This document shows positions 12,483 through 26,319 of a stretch of DNA of 64,000 bases, piece after piece. Each line of letters starts with the position of its first letter. Within the stretch, counting starts at the first letter, position 1. The notes under the pieces were generated by a model that saw nothing but the letters and a program-made list of their open reading frames with translations, did no database searches and had not been told where the DNA came from. The position numbers were made by a program, and so were the translations under genes. Source of the stretch: Scyliorhinus canicula. Its lineage: Eukaryota. Location: assembly GCF_902713615.1 (NCBI RefSeq), contig NC_052175.1:8697941-8761940 (forward strand), read 5' to 3'.

Positions 12483-12704
12483 AATTCGAAGAGCAATATT
12501 GGAAAATAATTTAAATTGGAGTCAATATCCATCCGATTTGTGTATTTCAAATCTGAAAATGTCCCTCTTCCTTTCCCCAATCTGATAATTAGTTCCCGTG
12601 TCAGAATTACAGCGAATTTACAGTAGTTTATATTCCTTATTTCTGCGAGTCCTTATGTGGCTGTATTTGTGTCCCTGAGATTGGCGAATGTGATTAACCG
12701 GAAG

Positions 12705-13035
12705 CACGGTGATACGAGTGAACAGAACAGTGGCTTCACAGCGGCAGGGTCCCTGTTTGGATTCCCCTCCGGGTCACTGTCTGTGCGGAGCCTGCACGTT
12801 TTCCCCATGTCTGCGTGGGTTTTCTCCGGGTGCTCCGGTTTCCACCCACAGTCCAAAGACGTGCAGGTTAGGTGGATTGGCCATGCTAAATTGCCTTTAG
12901 TGTGCAAAGTGGTTAGAATGGGTTTTTTTGGGTAACGGGGATAGGATGGAAGTGAGGGATTAAGTGGGTCGGTGTCGACTTGGTGGGCCGAATGACCTCC
13001 TTCTGCACTTAATGTTCTGTGATCTATGTTCTATG
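12705..13035 (+). mobile_element. HE1-type SINE
   Basis: SINE core CTGCACGTTTTCCCCATGTCTGCGTGGG, degenerate TCTATG tail. Confidence 0.85.
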
Positions 13036-13419
13036 ATTGTTAGCGATGAATCTGGGGCTGCTCTGCATCGCTCTCAGCTCCCAGTACTAGCGTCAGAGTC
13101 AGACATTGGAGACCTCTCTCCTGCGACTTGAGAATATGTTCACACTGACACTCTGGTGCTGAACTTAGTGATCGTTGCACTGCCTAACCCAAAATTAAAG
13201 CTGAAACCGCTACAACTGGAAGACAATCTGGAGTGGGTCGTGTCTTCTATTGTGTGTGTGCGCAGTGATATGTAATTCCTCAACGAAGATCTCATGTAGA
13301 AAATCTGGATCATGTGTTCTTTTCTTTTCTGGGAACTTATTGTGCGGAATTTGAAAAGACATTACCGGAACGCAAATCTATTTATCCTACTCTTCATGAT
13401 TTTTGTCTAACAATTAGAC

Positions 13420-13660
13420 TTATATTTATTCTGAAATGAAGTTACTGTGATAATCCTGGTCGCCAAAATCTGGCGCCTGTGCGGGTACACAGAGGGAGAA
13501 TTAAGAATGTCCAATTCACCTAACAAGCAAGTATTTCGGGACAGTGGGGGGAAATAGGAGCACCCGGAGGAAACCCACGCAGACACAGGGAGAACGTGCA
13601 GACTCCGCACAGGCAGTGACCCAAAGTCGGGAATCCAGAGCTAACCACTGTGAAACTGTG
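13420..13660 (-). mobile_element. tRNA-derived SINE variant with a different 3' tail
   Basis: HE1-like core joined to a CACAGTAACTTCATT-type tail like that of 57362-57550. Confidence 0.7.
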
Positions 13661-14079
13661 TCTCGACACGATTTCTTCAAGACATTGTAGGTAATAGTCC
13701 ACAGGTGTAATATTTGGTCAGTAACATGGTTTGGCCCGAAAGAAGGAAAGTGAATCTGCATGGGAGTACAGAAGATGATTGCTCAGTACCACAAACGTTT
13801 TGGTGTCAGTGCCATTTTTGCCTCCCATTTTCTGTCGACAGATGAAAAATTAGTTTGTTTACTTCCGAACAGAGCATGACATTAATTCGTTGGGCCAGAA
13901 AGTGGAAAGAGGTGAAGAAACAAAGTGTTTAGAGCAAATATTATCATATGTATTGTGGGCCAAATTGAATTATTCTGTGCTCAAATTACAATGACGTTTC
14001 TTCAGATTGAATAGGCCCAGTCCGCATGATGGCCATCATTTTCTCTCATTTTATCCGCCTTATATCAACTCGAGGGAGC

Positions 14080-14760
14080 AATAAACACATGAGGACATAT
14101 TGGGAGTGGTCTTAGAAGTTGAAGAAATTGGGAGTGCAGGCCAACAGGTCGTTTAATGTAGCAGGACAGCTGGACAAGGTTGAAAAAATGTATTTGAGAT
14201 GGTTTCCGTTTTTGGTTGGATTGCAAAGCTGTAATGTTGGAAGTATGTAAAATGCTGATGAGGCCAGTTGCACTGTTTGTCCAATTCTGCTCATCACTTT
14301 CCAGGAACGACATAATTGCTCTGGAGAGAGGGCAGAGGAGATGTACAAGAATTTTGCCAAGACAAGAAAATTGCAGCTATGGGAAGTGATTGGATAGCTG
14401 GGATGGTGTCCCTTGGAATACAGGTGAGTATGAGGTGGCCTTACTGCGGTGAACATGAGGGCCCTTTGGCACGATAGGCAGGCAAGACTTGTTTTTCCAG
14501 GTGAGGTGTCAACGATAGATTTGAGGTGATTGGTCGACATTTTAGAGCAGACATAAGGATATCCTTTCCATTCACAGGTTGGTGGGCGTCACGCAATCAC
14601 TGTGTGTGGCACTAGTTGAGGCTGAAATGCTCAACTCATTTGAAACGACACGTGGAACTGGATTTGACATAACAAACCAAGAGTTGGAAATTAGGTTAAA
14701 GTGAACGTCTAGTTGCTTTTTTCTCTATTTTGGTTGACACAGGCACAATCGGCCGAGTCG
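14080..14760 (+). mobile_element. Old degenerate CR1 3' fragment
   Basis: Decayed LQLYKTLVRP..CVQFWS..ERVQRRFTR coding sequence. Confidence 0.7.
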
Positions 14761-14926
14761 TCTCTTTCTGCACTGCGAACTTTCAACGTTTCCGTGACAA
14801 ACAAGTAGGAATGTATGGACTAAGTGAGGCAAAGAAGGATTAAATGTGTTTAAGAACGGGCCAAGCAACTATCGTGGACGAAATGAGACAGGGAGGGAAA
14901 GAAACAAAATAAGAAGAACAGTTTGG

Positions 14927-15280
14927 GGGCAGCAGGGTAGCACGGTGGTTAGCATAAATGCTTCACAGCTCCAGGGTCCCAGGTTCGATTCCCGGCTGGG
15001 TCACTGTCTGTGTGGAGTCTGCACGTCCTCCCCCTGTGTGCGTGGGTTTCCTCCGGGTGCTCCGGTTTCCTCCCACAGTCCAAAGATGTGCGGGTTAGGT
15101 GGATTGGCCATGCTAAATTGCCCGTAGTGTCCTAATAAAAAAAGTAAGGTTAAGGGGGGGGTTGTTGGGTTACGGGTATAGGGTGGATACGTGGGTTTGA
15201 GTAGGGTGATCATGGCTCGGCACAACATTGAGGGCCGAAGGGCCTGTTCTGTGCTGTACTGTTCTATGTTCTATGTTCTA
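14927..15280 (+). mobile_element. HE1-type SINE, young full-length
   Basis: Near-identical to 1818-2178 and 38127-38493; (TTCTATG)n tail. Confidence 0.95.
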
Positions 15281-15559
15281 AGTTGGAGTGCAGCAAAGAA
15301 GGCAGGGTGGTAAGTCTTGCTACGGCTGTATAGAACCTTGAGATGACGAGAGAAGATGTCGACAGGAAGGCGCAGTACGAAAAAGAGTCGAAGGATCGAA
15401 TGTCGATGGAGTTTCATGTTCATGACTATATTCAAAATAACCAGGTATATAATCTGTGATTAAGTAGAGCAATATATGCAACGTTGGTGTATTTTTCAAA
15501 ATGGAAAATGTTGTAGAAACTCCTGAAAACTACATTTGGTACACTCCTTGGATGAGAAT

Positions 15560-18500
15560 TCCATCGATATCTGGTCTTGGCTCTCCACTCTGCGACTGGA
15601 TTTTCAACATACTGACCAGCAGACCACAATCAGTAAGAATGAACAACAACACCTCATCCACAATAGTCCTCAATACGGAGCACCGCAAGGTTGCGTATTT
15701 AGCCCCTACTCAACCCTCTGTACAGACCCGACTGCGTTGCAGAATGTGTTTCCAACTCCATGTACAAGTTTGCTGACGATACGACCATAGTGGGCCTGAT
15801 CTCGAATAACGACGAGTCAGAATACAGGAGAGAGATAGAGAACCTCACGGAGTGGTGCAGCGACAATAATCTCTCCCTCGATGCCAGCAAAGTTAAAGAG
15901 CTGGTCATTGACTTCAGGAAGAAAAGTACTGTACACACCACAGACAGTATCATTGAGGCCAAGGTGGAGATGTTTAGCTGTTTCAAATCCCTGGGGGTGC
16001 ACATATCCAAAAGATGTCATGGTGCACCCATGTCGACGCAACGACTACGAAAGCACACCATCGCCTGTATGCCCCCATGAATCTATGGAAATTTGGCATG
16101 TCCTCATTAACCCTTACCAACTTTTACAGATGCATCAGAGAAAGCATTCTATCTGGCTGCATCACAGCCTGGTATGAAAAAGATTGGCTACGGCCGTGGA
16201 CCGCAAGAAACTACAGAGAGTCGTGAACACCGGCCAGTCCATCACACAAACCTACCTCCCATACATTGACTCCATCTACACCTCCCGCTGCCTGGGAAAA
16301 GCGGGAAGCGTAATCAAAAACATCTCCCCATTACATGGACGGGAAGGACCCAGCGCCACACATGGAGGTTGGACGGTGCCTTACTAGCTGACAAGGCCTT
16401 CAGCGAAAGGACCGTGCAGACCATAGCAAAGTACAAGGAGAACAACCAAAACGGGGAGGTCTCTCCCTCCACGTTCTGGGAAGCGCTAAAAGCCGTCCGA
16501 AGAGGGGAAATCATCGCTTTAAATGCACAAAGAGACAGGGAGCAAAGGGTGACTAGGCAGCAGCTGACCGACTCCGTACTGGAGGTAGACGGTAAATACT
16601 CCGAGGCCCCGATCATAGAGCTCCTGGCAGCGAGGAAAGAACTACATAGGAACATTGACCTGCTCTCCACCAGGAAAGCAGTGCACCAACTACGCCAGGC
16701 GCGCGGGACCCTGTACGAACACGGAGACTAAGCCAGCCGCCTTTTGGCACACCAGCTGAGAAAGCAGGCAGCCACCAGAGAAATTGTACAAATCAGGGGT
16801 ACCGGAGGCACGTTGAAAACGGAACCAGAAAAGATTAACAAAACCTTCAAGGCCTTCTACCAAGAGCTGTACACCTCAGAGCCCCAAGGAGGGAGTCTCG
16901 GATGAAACGGTTCCTTGTTGGACTGGACATTCCAGTCGTGGGGGAGGGCAGAAAACGGGACCTGGACGCACCACTAGCAGTGGGAGAGATCATGGACAGC
17001 ATTAGTTCCATGTTGACGGAAAGGGCGCCGGGATCGGACAGATTCCCGACGGACTTCTACAAAAAATTCGCGACAGCGCTGGCCCCGCACCTGCGGGAGA
17101 TGTTCACAGACTCGCTAGCTAAGGGCACACTGCCACCCACGTTAGCACAGGCCTCAATCTCGCTGATACCTAAGAAGGACAAAGCCCCAACGGAATGTGG
17201 GTCATACAAATCCATCTCACTGCTAAACGCAAACGCCAAAATCCTAGCCAAAAGGCATGAACACTGTGTAGCTGAGGAGGTCACAGAGGACCAGACGGGC
17301 TTCGTCAAAGGTAGAGAGCTTACGTCGAACATTACGCCTGCTGAACGTGATAATGACCCCCACCAGGGAGAGAACACAAGAGGCCTTCGACAGAGTCGAA
17401 TGGAAATACCTCATAGAGCTACTGGAGCGGTTTGGGCTTGGAACAGGGATCACCTCTTGGGTCAAGCTCCTATACAAAGTTCCCTTGGCGAGCGTACGGA
17501 CCAACAATACCAACTCCCAATACTTCCAATTACACAGGGGCACCTGACAAGGATGCTCACTGTCCCCGCTGCTGTTCGCCCTAGCGATCGAACCGCTAGC
17601 AATCACGCTCAGGGCAGCAAAATGTTTTTGGGGGATCCGAAGGGGAGACAGAGAGCACAGACTCACTCTATGCAGGTGACCTGCTCCTCTACATTTCGGA
17701 CCCACAGAGCAGCTTGGACGGGATCATTGCGCTCCTGAAAGAGTTTGGAGCCTTCTCGGGCTACAAACTCAACATGAGCACAAGCGATATCTTCCCAGTA
17801 CACCCGCAAGTGTATGTGTGTGTGTATGTGTGTGTGGGGAGGGGGGGGGGAGCACTAAAGGGGCTACCGTTTAAACAAGCCCGACACACATTCAGCTACC
17901 TGGGGACCCATTATTCCCCATGACTGGAAAGGGATCCACAAATGGAACCTAACCAGTCTAACGGAGGAATTAAAAAAGGACCTGCAAAGATGGAACACAC
18001 TCCAACTCTCCCTCGCGGGGAGAGTCCAGACGATCAAAATAAACGTACTGCCCACGTTCCTCTTCCTGTTGAGATCCATTCCAATCTACATCCCCAAGAC
18101 CTTTTTCAAAGCGCTGGACAAACTAATCATGGCGTTCGTATCGGCGGGAGAGGGGGGGGGGGGGAATGCAAGAATCTCAAAGAAGGTCCTACAAAAAACA
18201 AAATCCAACCCTCCCAATCCTACAATTCTACCACTGGGCGGTAACTTCCGAGCGAATAGGGGGATGGATCCAGGAGCCAGAGGCCGAATGGGTTCGCACG
18301 GAGGAGGCCTCACGCGTGGGAACCGCACTCCGGGCACTCGCCACGGCAGCACTCCCATCCCTACCCAAAAACATTCCAGCAGCCCGGTGGTGATAGCCAC
18401 CCTCCAATCCTGGAACCAACTGCGGCAGCAATTTGGCCTGACCAAAATGTCGGACAAGGCTCCCATCTGCAACAACCATAGGTTCACATCAGCATTGACT

Positions 18501-20400
18501 GTCGCCACCTTCAAAAGGTTGAGGCAGGACGGAGGGACACTGACAGTCAGGGACCTACACACGGACGGCAGGATCACAACACTGGACGAAGTGACAGATA
18601 AATTTTGGCTAGCCAGGCGGAACGAGCTAAGGTATCTACAGCTTAAAAACTTCCTACGAAAGGAGACAAGGACGTTCCCACAACCGCCACGACAGACACT
18701 ACTGGAGGAACTACTGGACGCAAGCATACTAGACAAGGGGAAATGTAGTGACATGTACGTCCGACTGACAGAAAGGGCCGACACCGTACTGGACGCAACA
18801 AGAAAGAAATGGGAGGAGGACCTGGGGATTGAAATAGGATGGGGACTCTGGAGCAAAGCACTGCATAGGGTCAACTCCACCGCCACGTACGCAAGGCTCA
18901 GCCAGACGCAGCTAAAAGTGGTACATAGAACCCACTTAACAAGAACCCGTATGAATAGGTTCTTCCCAGAGGTGGAGGGCAGATGTGAACGGTGCCATGT
19001 AGGCCCGGCCAACCACGTCCACATGTTCTGGTCCTGCCCCAGACTTATGGAGTACTGGACAGCCTTCTTCGAGGCAATGTCCAAAGTGGTGGGAGTGAGG
19101 GTGAAGTCATGCCCGAAAGTGGCGGTCTTCGGGGTCTCGGACCAACCAGATCTATTCCTAGGGAGGAGGGCGGACTGGATGTCTGACCTCTCGGAATCTG
19201 TCCAAATGGAGAAAATCAAATTTTCCATCCGAGGGTCAGACGACGGCTTCCACAGAACGTGGGAGCCATTCATGCAACTGTTCCGGGACCTGTTAGTGGC
19301 CAACGAACAAGAGGAAGAATAGCCAGGTAGCCAGGAATCAGCTGAAATTAGTCAATAATAAGGGTAGGGTAGCCAAGGCGTGAACGGGAGAGTGGGACTG
19401 GGAGGGTGGGAGGGAGGGAGGGAGAGGGGGCGGCTAAACATGAAGAAAGAAAGGCGAACACAGGGGGGAGGGGCAGGGTGGAGACAGTTAAACCTGAGGA
19501 AAGAAAGGCGAACCGTGGAGGGGGGGTGGGGGACAAGAGAGGAGAACCAGCGGGATTGGACGGGGGGCAGGGAAACGGGAGCCGGAAGGAAGGCACGGGA
19601 TGCCAAAACGTGCATGACATCTCCAGGAGCGGGGAACGAGGAAATTAAAGATGGAGGACGGGAGGAGCTGCAGAAGCGGAGGCGAGCAGGTGACGGCAGT
19701 GAGTACCGTCCGGGAGAAGCAGCCGACAACAGCGCACAACACAGCCAAGTATCGCACACTGTAATTATCTCCCCGGCACCCAAATGTATATTTCACCGCC
19801 CCCCAATCCCCGCCACCACTGTCCCCCTCTCCCCACCCTCCCCTCCCCCCTCCCCCACCCCCCTCCCCGGAAGCAGTTGCGTACTTACGTGGTGTACGTA
19901 ATTCTGCCAGATGCACAGAGCTGCTGCTATTTCATATTTTATTGTATTTTATGTTGGGTTGTGCCCTTCTCTTCTAAATATGTGTATTGAATATGTTTCT
20001 TATTCTGTGTACATAACGGTAATTATACCTTTTTCAAAAACCCAATAAAATCCTTTATTGAAAAAAAATCCTCCAACCCGGCTTACTCACTCTTCCAAAG
20101 TCTTCCGTCGGGTATGAGATACAGAAGTCTGAGAATACTCACGAACAGACTCAAAACAACTTTTTCCTCGCTGTTACCGGACTCCTACATGACCCTCTTA
20201 TCGGCTGACATCATGAACACTGCAATCTGTATGCTTCATCCGATGCCGATGTTTCTGTAGATACATTGTATACTTTGTGTTTCCCAATTATGTATTTTCA
20301 ATAATTCCCTTATCTTCCCATGTACTTAATAATATGTTGAGCTTCTCGCAGAAAAATACTTTTCACTCTTCCTAGGTACATGTGGCAATAAACAAATCCA
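15560..20400 (+). mobile_element. Rex1/Babar-type LINE 3' fragment (15560-16325 and 20066-20400) split by an L1 insertion
   Basis: KFADDTTIVGLISNNDESEYRREIENLTEWCSDNNLSL; sequence after the L1 poly(A) continues it and matches the second copy at 38870-39065. Confidence 0.8.
16326..20068 (+). mobile_element. L1-clade LINE, 5'-truncated, frameshifted ORF2
   Basis: FWEALKAVRRGEII, APGSDRFPTDFYKKF, EAFDRVEW, FSGYKLN, C-terminal CERC..HMFWSCP zinc finger; G-rich 3' UTR, AATAAA at 20044, poly(A) tail. Confidence 0.92.
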
Positions 20401-21042
20401 ATCCAATCCAATCCAAGTGGGGCGAATATATGGACCTTTGAAACCGTGATGACGAACAAGATTAGACACAGTAAGGATACATTTGCAGCTGTAGGATTTG
20501 TTTAGACATGCAAGACTTGTTTCTCAAGTTGGGTTGTCAACATAGATTTAAGGTGATTGGTCGAAATTTTGGAGCAGACATGAGGAAAAACTTTTCCATC
20601 GACAGGCTGATTAACATCTCGAAATCACTGAGCAATTTGAGATGTTTCGCTTGAAGAAAAGTGATTGTGGGATGTCTTGAGAGAGGGAGCTCGATGATGA
20701 CAGTAATGGATAAAATAAGCAGTAGAACATACTGCTCCCATTGCTGGTACAAATATGAGAGGACACAGCTTTTTTATTGGACAAGAGGAGTAGCGAGACA
20801 TAAGGAATATCGATACTTTATTCTGCGAGCGGTGATAACCTGCGACTCACAGTCGCAATGTGTTCTGGAAATGTAAAGGACTCATACTTAACAAAGGGAA
20901 TTTGATGATGGAGGCTGCATTACAGGATGAAGAGAATGAGGCGGATTGAGGGAATTGAATGTTTTAAGATACTGATAGCTGTTATAGATTTGATGCCCGA
21001 ATGACCTTGTGCATGTACTGTAATCATTATTTGGTTCTCCAA

Positions 21043-21554
21043 CTGTTTTAGTCACATTGAGCTTTATCAGATACACATAGGAGACGTTATTTTATTCGAC
21101 AGATAACACATTAATAGATTGATCTGCCAGACGATATGAACTTCGTTACTGGGAAATGATTGAAATGCTTCACCATCAATCGTTGATAGTAGAATCGTGA
21201 GTGAATATTTCTGAACTGTTTTGTTCATGAACATGAAACATTGATCAGTCTCCAGTATCTCCGGTTATATTTGCTGAGCCATACACATGTGTTCAAAATA
21301 TTAAGCGCAAGCAATAATAATCCAGTCCCAACATCAGTCATGTTGGAGACATAAAGTTCATTTCTTTGAGCCGAGTGATTAGAGCAGAGATTTGAGGAAA
21401 TAATGCAGCAACATAAATATTATCAGAAATATCAGCACAGTAAAAACATTTTTGAATTACACCGACACATGAAATAAATGTTGAACTGGAAGTTACCAAA
21501 TTTCACAATGGGACAGTGAATACACTCGATTAGAAGGAAGAGGGAGCAGACCAT
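21043..21554 (-). pseudogene. Possible degenerate leader plus V-set Ig exon
   Basis: ataATGG start; 58-nt leader MVCSLFLLIECIHCPIVKF with phase-1 donor G|GTAACT; 133-nt intron; about 321-nt segment with frameshifted V-like pieces IIAC, VWL-QQ, SISII, SIY*C, IKLNVT. Confidence 0.38.
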
Positions 21555-21707
21555 TATTGAGAAAATGAAGGCTGGAATTTGAACTTAGAATTCTCTGCAA
21601 GTTTATGGATGTGACCAAGCTCTCATTTAAGAGGACTTGTTCTCGGTGCGAAGATTGTGCTCAGATCTTTCTTCGTCGTTCTATTCTTCCGAACAAATAC
21701 AGTACAC

Positions 21708-22398
21708 GGGCGGCGCGGTAGCATAGTGGTTAACACTGTCGCTACACATCTCCAGGGTCACTCCAGGGTCCCAAGTTCAATTCCCGGGTTGGGTCACTGT
21801 CAGTGCGGAGTCTGCGTGGGTTTTCTCCGGCCTGTGGCTGTGTGGGTTTGCTCCGGGTGCTCCGGTTCCCTTCCACAGTCCAAAGATGCTGGGGTTAGGT
21901 AGATTTGCCACGACAAATTAACCTGTGTTCAAAAAACCTGGGGTTCATAGAATTTACAGTGCAGAAGGAGGCCATTCGGCCCATCGAGTCTGACCGGCTC
22001 CTGGAAAGAGCACCCTACCCAAGGGTAACACCTCCACCCTATCCCCATAACCCAGTAACCCCACCCAACACAAAGGGAAATTTTGGACACCTAGGGCAAT
22101 TTATCATGGCCAATCCACCTAACCTGATCATCTTTGGACTGTGGGAGGAAACCGGAGCACCCGGAGGAAACCCACGCACACACGGGGAGGATGTGCAGAC
22201 ATCGCACAGACAGTGACCCAAGCCGGAATCGAACCTGGGACCCTGAAGCTGTGAAGCGATTGTGCTATCCACAATCCAGTGCTGCCTAAGTTCCTGAGTT
22301 AAGGGAATAGTGTGTGGTCTTCTGTAAGGTGCTCTTTCCGATAGCCGGTGCAGACTAGATGGCCGAATGGCCTCTATCTGCACTGTAAATTGTATGGG
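21708..22398. mobile_element. Nested HE1-type SINEs: minus copy (about 21945-22280) inside a plus copy
   Basis: Plus head 21708-21925, complete minus SINE, plus-strand SINE 3' end resumes 22290-22398. Confidence 0.85.
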
Positions 22399-23087
22399 TG
22401 TGTGCATTACCTGTCTCCTCTCAGGCGCCATATCAAAGCCTCGCCCTCAGCTCTCACGTTTGTGGAGCACGCCGCTATCATTAACCGCAATATGAAATTA
22501 TATTGTACAGTGTTCGAAATAATCAGTAACGTAGCTTTCCTGATTATTGAATGAATTGGTCAACCCGGCTCATCAATATTGTAGCCAATTTAGCCCTATT
22601 TCTAAGAAACACAGGAACATTTAACATTTAACATTTGTGCATGTTAAAGGAATGGGAGATGCGTATCAAAGCGCTAAAAACTTCTTCTGACTATATAGAG
22701 AAGACAACATGAACAGGTCTACAATGGTGATAGACTGATCAAAAATCTATTCACCTTTCAAAATCCGAAAACCGTTTCAGTTCATCAGAGTCCGATATCT
22801 CGCGATATCGCAGCAAAGACCAGACTGAGAAAATGACTCAAGCTACTTCCACATGACATGTCGGTGCTCTAAACTTCACCCAAGCTCTTTCCATCTTCTT
22901 AAGAACGGGATATCATTGTCATCTTCACGCACTTCATTGTGCAACACGGATGAACTGAAATTCCTAAAAATTACTTTCCGGCACCTGAATTACAAGGGGA
23001 AGTGCAACAAAATGTTAACCAGACGACTAAGATATTCCAAATGCAGATTTTAATTCCAGATCCATGTACGATATTACATGAAAGCCA

Positions 23088-25912
23088 TCAATACTTCCCC
23101 AGACAATACACAGTGTTGTTATCTAACATTTTTTTGTAAAACAGTTTAACAAACGTAACAATCGGATATTTCAACACGATCTTGAACTGCTGTCTGAAGT
23201 TGCTTTGAGTTTCTCCATAAATGAAGGTATTTGCGCAGGAACTTAAATTCTGCAACATATAACCACAAAGATGAAGCGCATGTAAAGATTCGCTGTAATC
23301 CAGGGGACTTGTTTGTGCAAATATGTAATACAAGAAACTTGTAATATACGGCAACCACAAGAGTTTTGCTGCCAGAAATTGCAAAGGTAAAACAACGGAC
23401 TTTCTTCTGTTCTCCATTTCAGGATCAGTCTTTTTCTCTCCCTTACCCTGACCCCTCAGTCCACGACGGACTCGACTTGTCACTAAGATGTGTCTGACTG
23501 TCAGAGTATTAACGAGTAACATTAAGACACACGGGAGACATGGTGTTAACAGTGTATCAAACCTGTCAAAGGCCACCCACCCAGAGTCAGTAAAATAGCT
23601 AACCTTTATATCACAATATCAGGGGACATTGCCGATTATTTCCAAAGGTTGATATATAAAATACCAAACAGCTCTTTTCAAGCTCAGCAGAATTAATGTT
23701 GATGATATAATAGCCGACGCTGTTGTCTTTGTGCAATATTTTGTTTTCTGCTTTGGGCAACAAATACCGATGAAGCGATCAAATGAGAAACCAACAGTTA
23801 ACCAAACTGAGATGTCTCTGGAGTCCCGAGTCAGAACAGTAATGATACTGCACACAGGGGTAATGGAGAAGAAAGTTTCAGGGAAAAATTGATAACCTAT
23901 CCGAAATAATAGGACCTCATTGATAATGAACAGGAAATCCGTCACCACCATTCCAAGCATGGAACCAGTGATACATTTCGAGAGACCACACTTTTTCCGA
24001 CTCAGTGTTACAATCGCAATCAAGTTAACTGCAAAAAGAAAGACAGACACTAAAATGAAAAAAAATAAGGCACTGATAAGTAACTACAGACAAGTTTAAC
24101 GTATGGAGTCCTCCATGGCGGAACCGTGCCACAGTGGTTAGCACTGCTTCCTCACAGCTTCAGAGACCCAAGTTCAATTCCGGCCTCGGGTGTCTGTCTG
24201 TGGAGTGTCCATTCTCCCCGGGTGTGCGTGGGTTTCCTCCCGATGCTTCGCCTTCTTCCCACAGTTAGGTCGATTGGCCATCCAAAGTGCCCCTTCGTGT
24301 TCAAAAGGACAGCTGGGGATTCCGGGTTACGGGTGCAGAGTCAGGCCATGGGCGTAGGTAGGGTGCTCTTTCCAAGGATCGTTGCAGCATCAATGGACCG
24401 AATGGCCTCCTTCTGCACAGTAGAGATGCTATGATTCAATGAGGTATGGATTTGAGAGTGGTGATATTCCACCAATTCCGTTCGACTCCACAGATATGAT
24501 TTGTGCCACAGTTCAGTGCAGAAGGGGTGGAAGCAATGATCGGGATTTGACAAAGCGCTGCCCCATATCGAATCTAAGGTTATCACCACTGAAAGGAAGC
24601 AGGATGAAATTAGATGATTTCCCGCTGTACCGAAGAGCAGGAATTTGCATCACAACGTATTCAGCAACACGGTGGGAATTCTGACAAAAACTTGGGGAAA
24701 TTAAACAAAACAGACAAGCGAGGAGTTCCAATAACAATTGCAAGAGAAGGGAAATTACGGAATACTTAAGCGATTCGCAGCTGGATGGATGTGGGACGGT
24801 TGAGGAAATCGGTGGGTAATAACTTATCCGGATCTGCCATGCGCAGTTGCAGTGCGGTGACCGTATCTGACATGGGAGGAAACATACATCGAGATAGAAA
24901 ATACAAGAATTAGAAAAGTGAATCTATAATTTCACATATGAATATTGTCAGCTGAAAGGATAATTTCACGACACGTTAATTGCTTTCCATGACGAAATGT
25001 TGCAAGCAATGGTTCAGGCTGACAAGATTATGTGAGCGCTGGCTAAACGAGAGAATAAAAGCTGCTACCATGATTCTGTAGTGGAAATATCAGGGAATAC
25101 GGACATATAGAGCTGGAAAGTGTTACAGGCGCATGCGAGGGAAATCTCTGATGTCTGCTCATGTTGGTAATATCTTTGTTCTTGCCGTCTAAGCCTGTGG
25201 GTTGAAAAGAGGATATCAATGATTTTAACAGGAGAAATGTAAGGTGAAATTACATCAAAGAGCAAAGGAGATACCACTGATTGAGGGGGGTGATTGCCTT
25301 GTTCCATGGCTACTGCGAATGCGCCCCATCACAGGAAGACCTTCTGTTGTATCGCGCTGATTGCAGACGTTTTGTCTACATATAAACCTGGAGCTGTGTC
25401 AGCCACACAAAGCAAAAAGGCAAACCATACCGACACTGATCTCCCAGTTAAACCGGACGCCTTTACATGAGACAATGTACGGTATAGACTGCAGGTGGCA
25501 TTAACATTTTTGAGGCTGAGAGCACGTCAGAAAATGAGTCATTCCGAGGGTATTTGATCCTTAATATAAAATCGTAATTATCCCCGATGTGTGGGATATT
25601 CTGTTCCGCCGATGTCGTGACTTGTGAATTCAGTGCAGAGGCTTATCCAGTATCACAATCAGAACTGAACTCTCGAAATGTATTTCACCACAGAAGCTGA
25701 AGTAAAACCACGGCAAGAAAAGAGATCTGAGCAAGTACATAATCCGCCTATGTAGATGTGGCAAAAATGCAGCATAGAAATGTTGCTAAAGGCATTGGCA
25801 AAGTTAAGCATCTTCACATCATTAACAGAATAGGAACCTCACCAGGAATTCCAACTGCTGCCAGAACAGGACAGTAAATATACTCTATCGAAAGTACGGA
25901 TGAAGTTCCCAT
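23088..25912 (-). pseudogene. GPR139/GPR142-like class A GPCR pseudogene, two coding exons (25912-25843; 24028-23088)
   Basis: Exon 1 MGTSSVLSIEYIYCPVLAAVGIP with G|GTGAGG; acceptor TTTTTGCAG; CGLSKC, FSFDRFIGIC, EMENRRKS, SSCANTFIY; in-frame TGA at 23619-23621; -1/-2 frameshift pair in TM6 at about 23360-23395. Confidence 0.9.
24120..24437 (+). mobile_element. HE1-type SINE in GPCR intron
   Basis: CACAGTGGTTAGCAC head, core and 3' end. Confidence 0.85.
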
Positions 25913-26319
25913 AATTGGTTATCCTTCAGTCTGTTTGCGAGACACTCAGTTCCAGAATTATGTTCCTGCGATTGAATCAGTCCGGGTTTCAATCTGTCGT
26001 CCGTATCCATTGGGAAAGTTATACCCCAGCTCATTGCTGTTACTTACACTTATTTCAACAAACATATTGCATCAAGAGCTTTGAAACTGATCGATATGAT
26101 GTGGTGTGTGAAACGCAGCACTTCCATATGCATATATTATTTTGATCACATGATACTGTGGAATTATGATGAAATCTCCCAGCATACAGGAACGATGCAA
26201 CAATAATGATCGGAATCATTTTCCAATTTTGTTTCATGGAACCTCTTCAAACCCTACTATTTGGATAGGAAATGTGACAGGTTGTATCGGAAAATGTATA
26301 GTGTCTATATTGGTGATTC

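Noticed and set aside
19322-19901. G/R/E-rich and P-rich ORFs after the L1 ORF2
   Set aside because: Compositional artefacts of the G-rich and C-rich L1 3' UTR
22750-22985. Minus-strand segment with acceptor, donor and DIG...VFG words
   Set aside because: Multiple stops and no canonical Cys or Trp
24643-24650. Ig octamer ATTTGCAT
   Set aside because: Single 8-mer expected by chance in 64 kb; no leader exon positioned downstream
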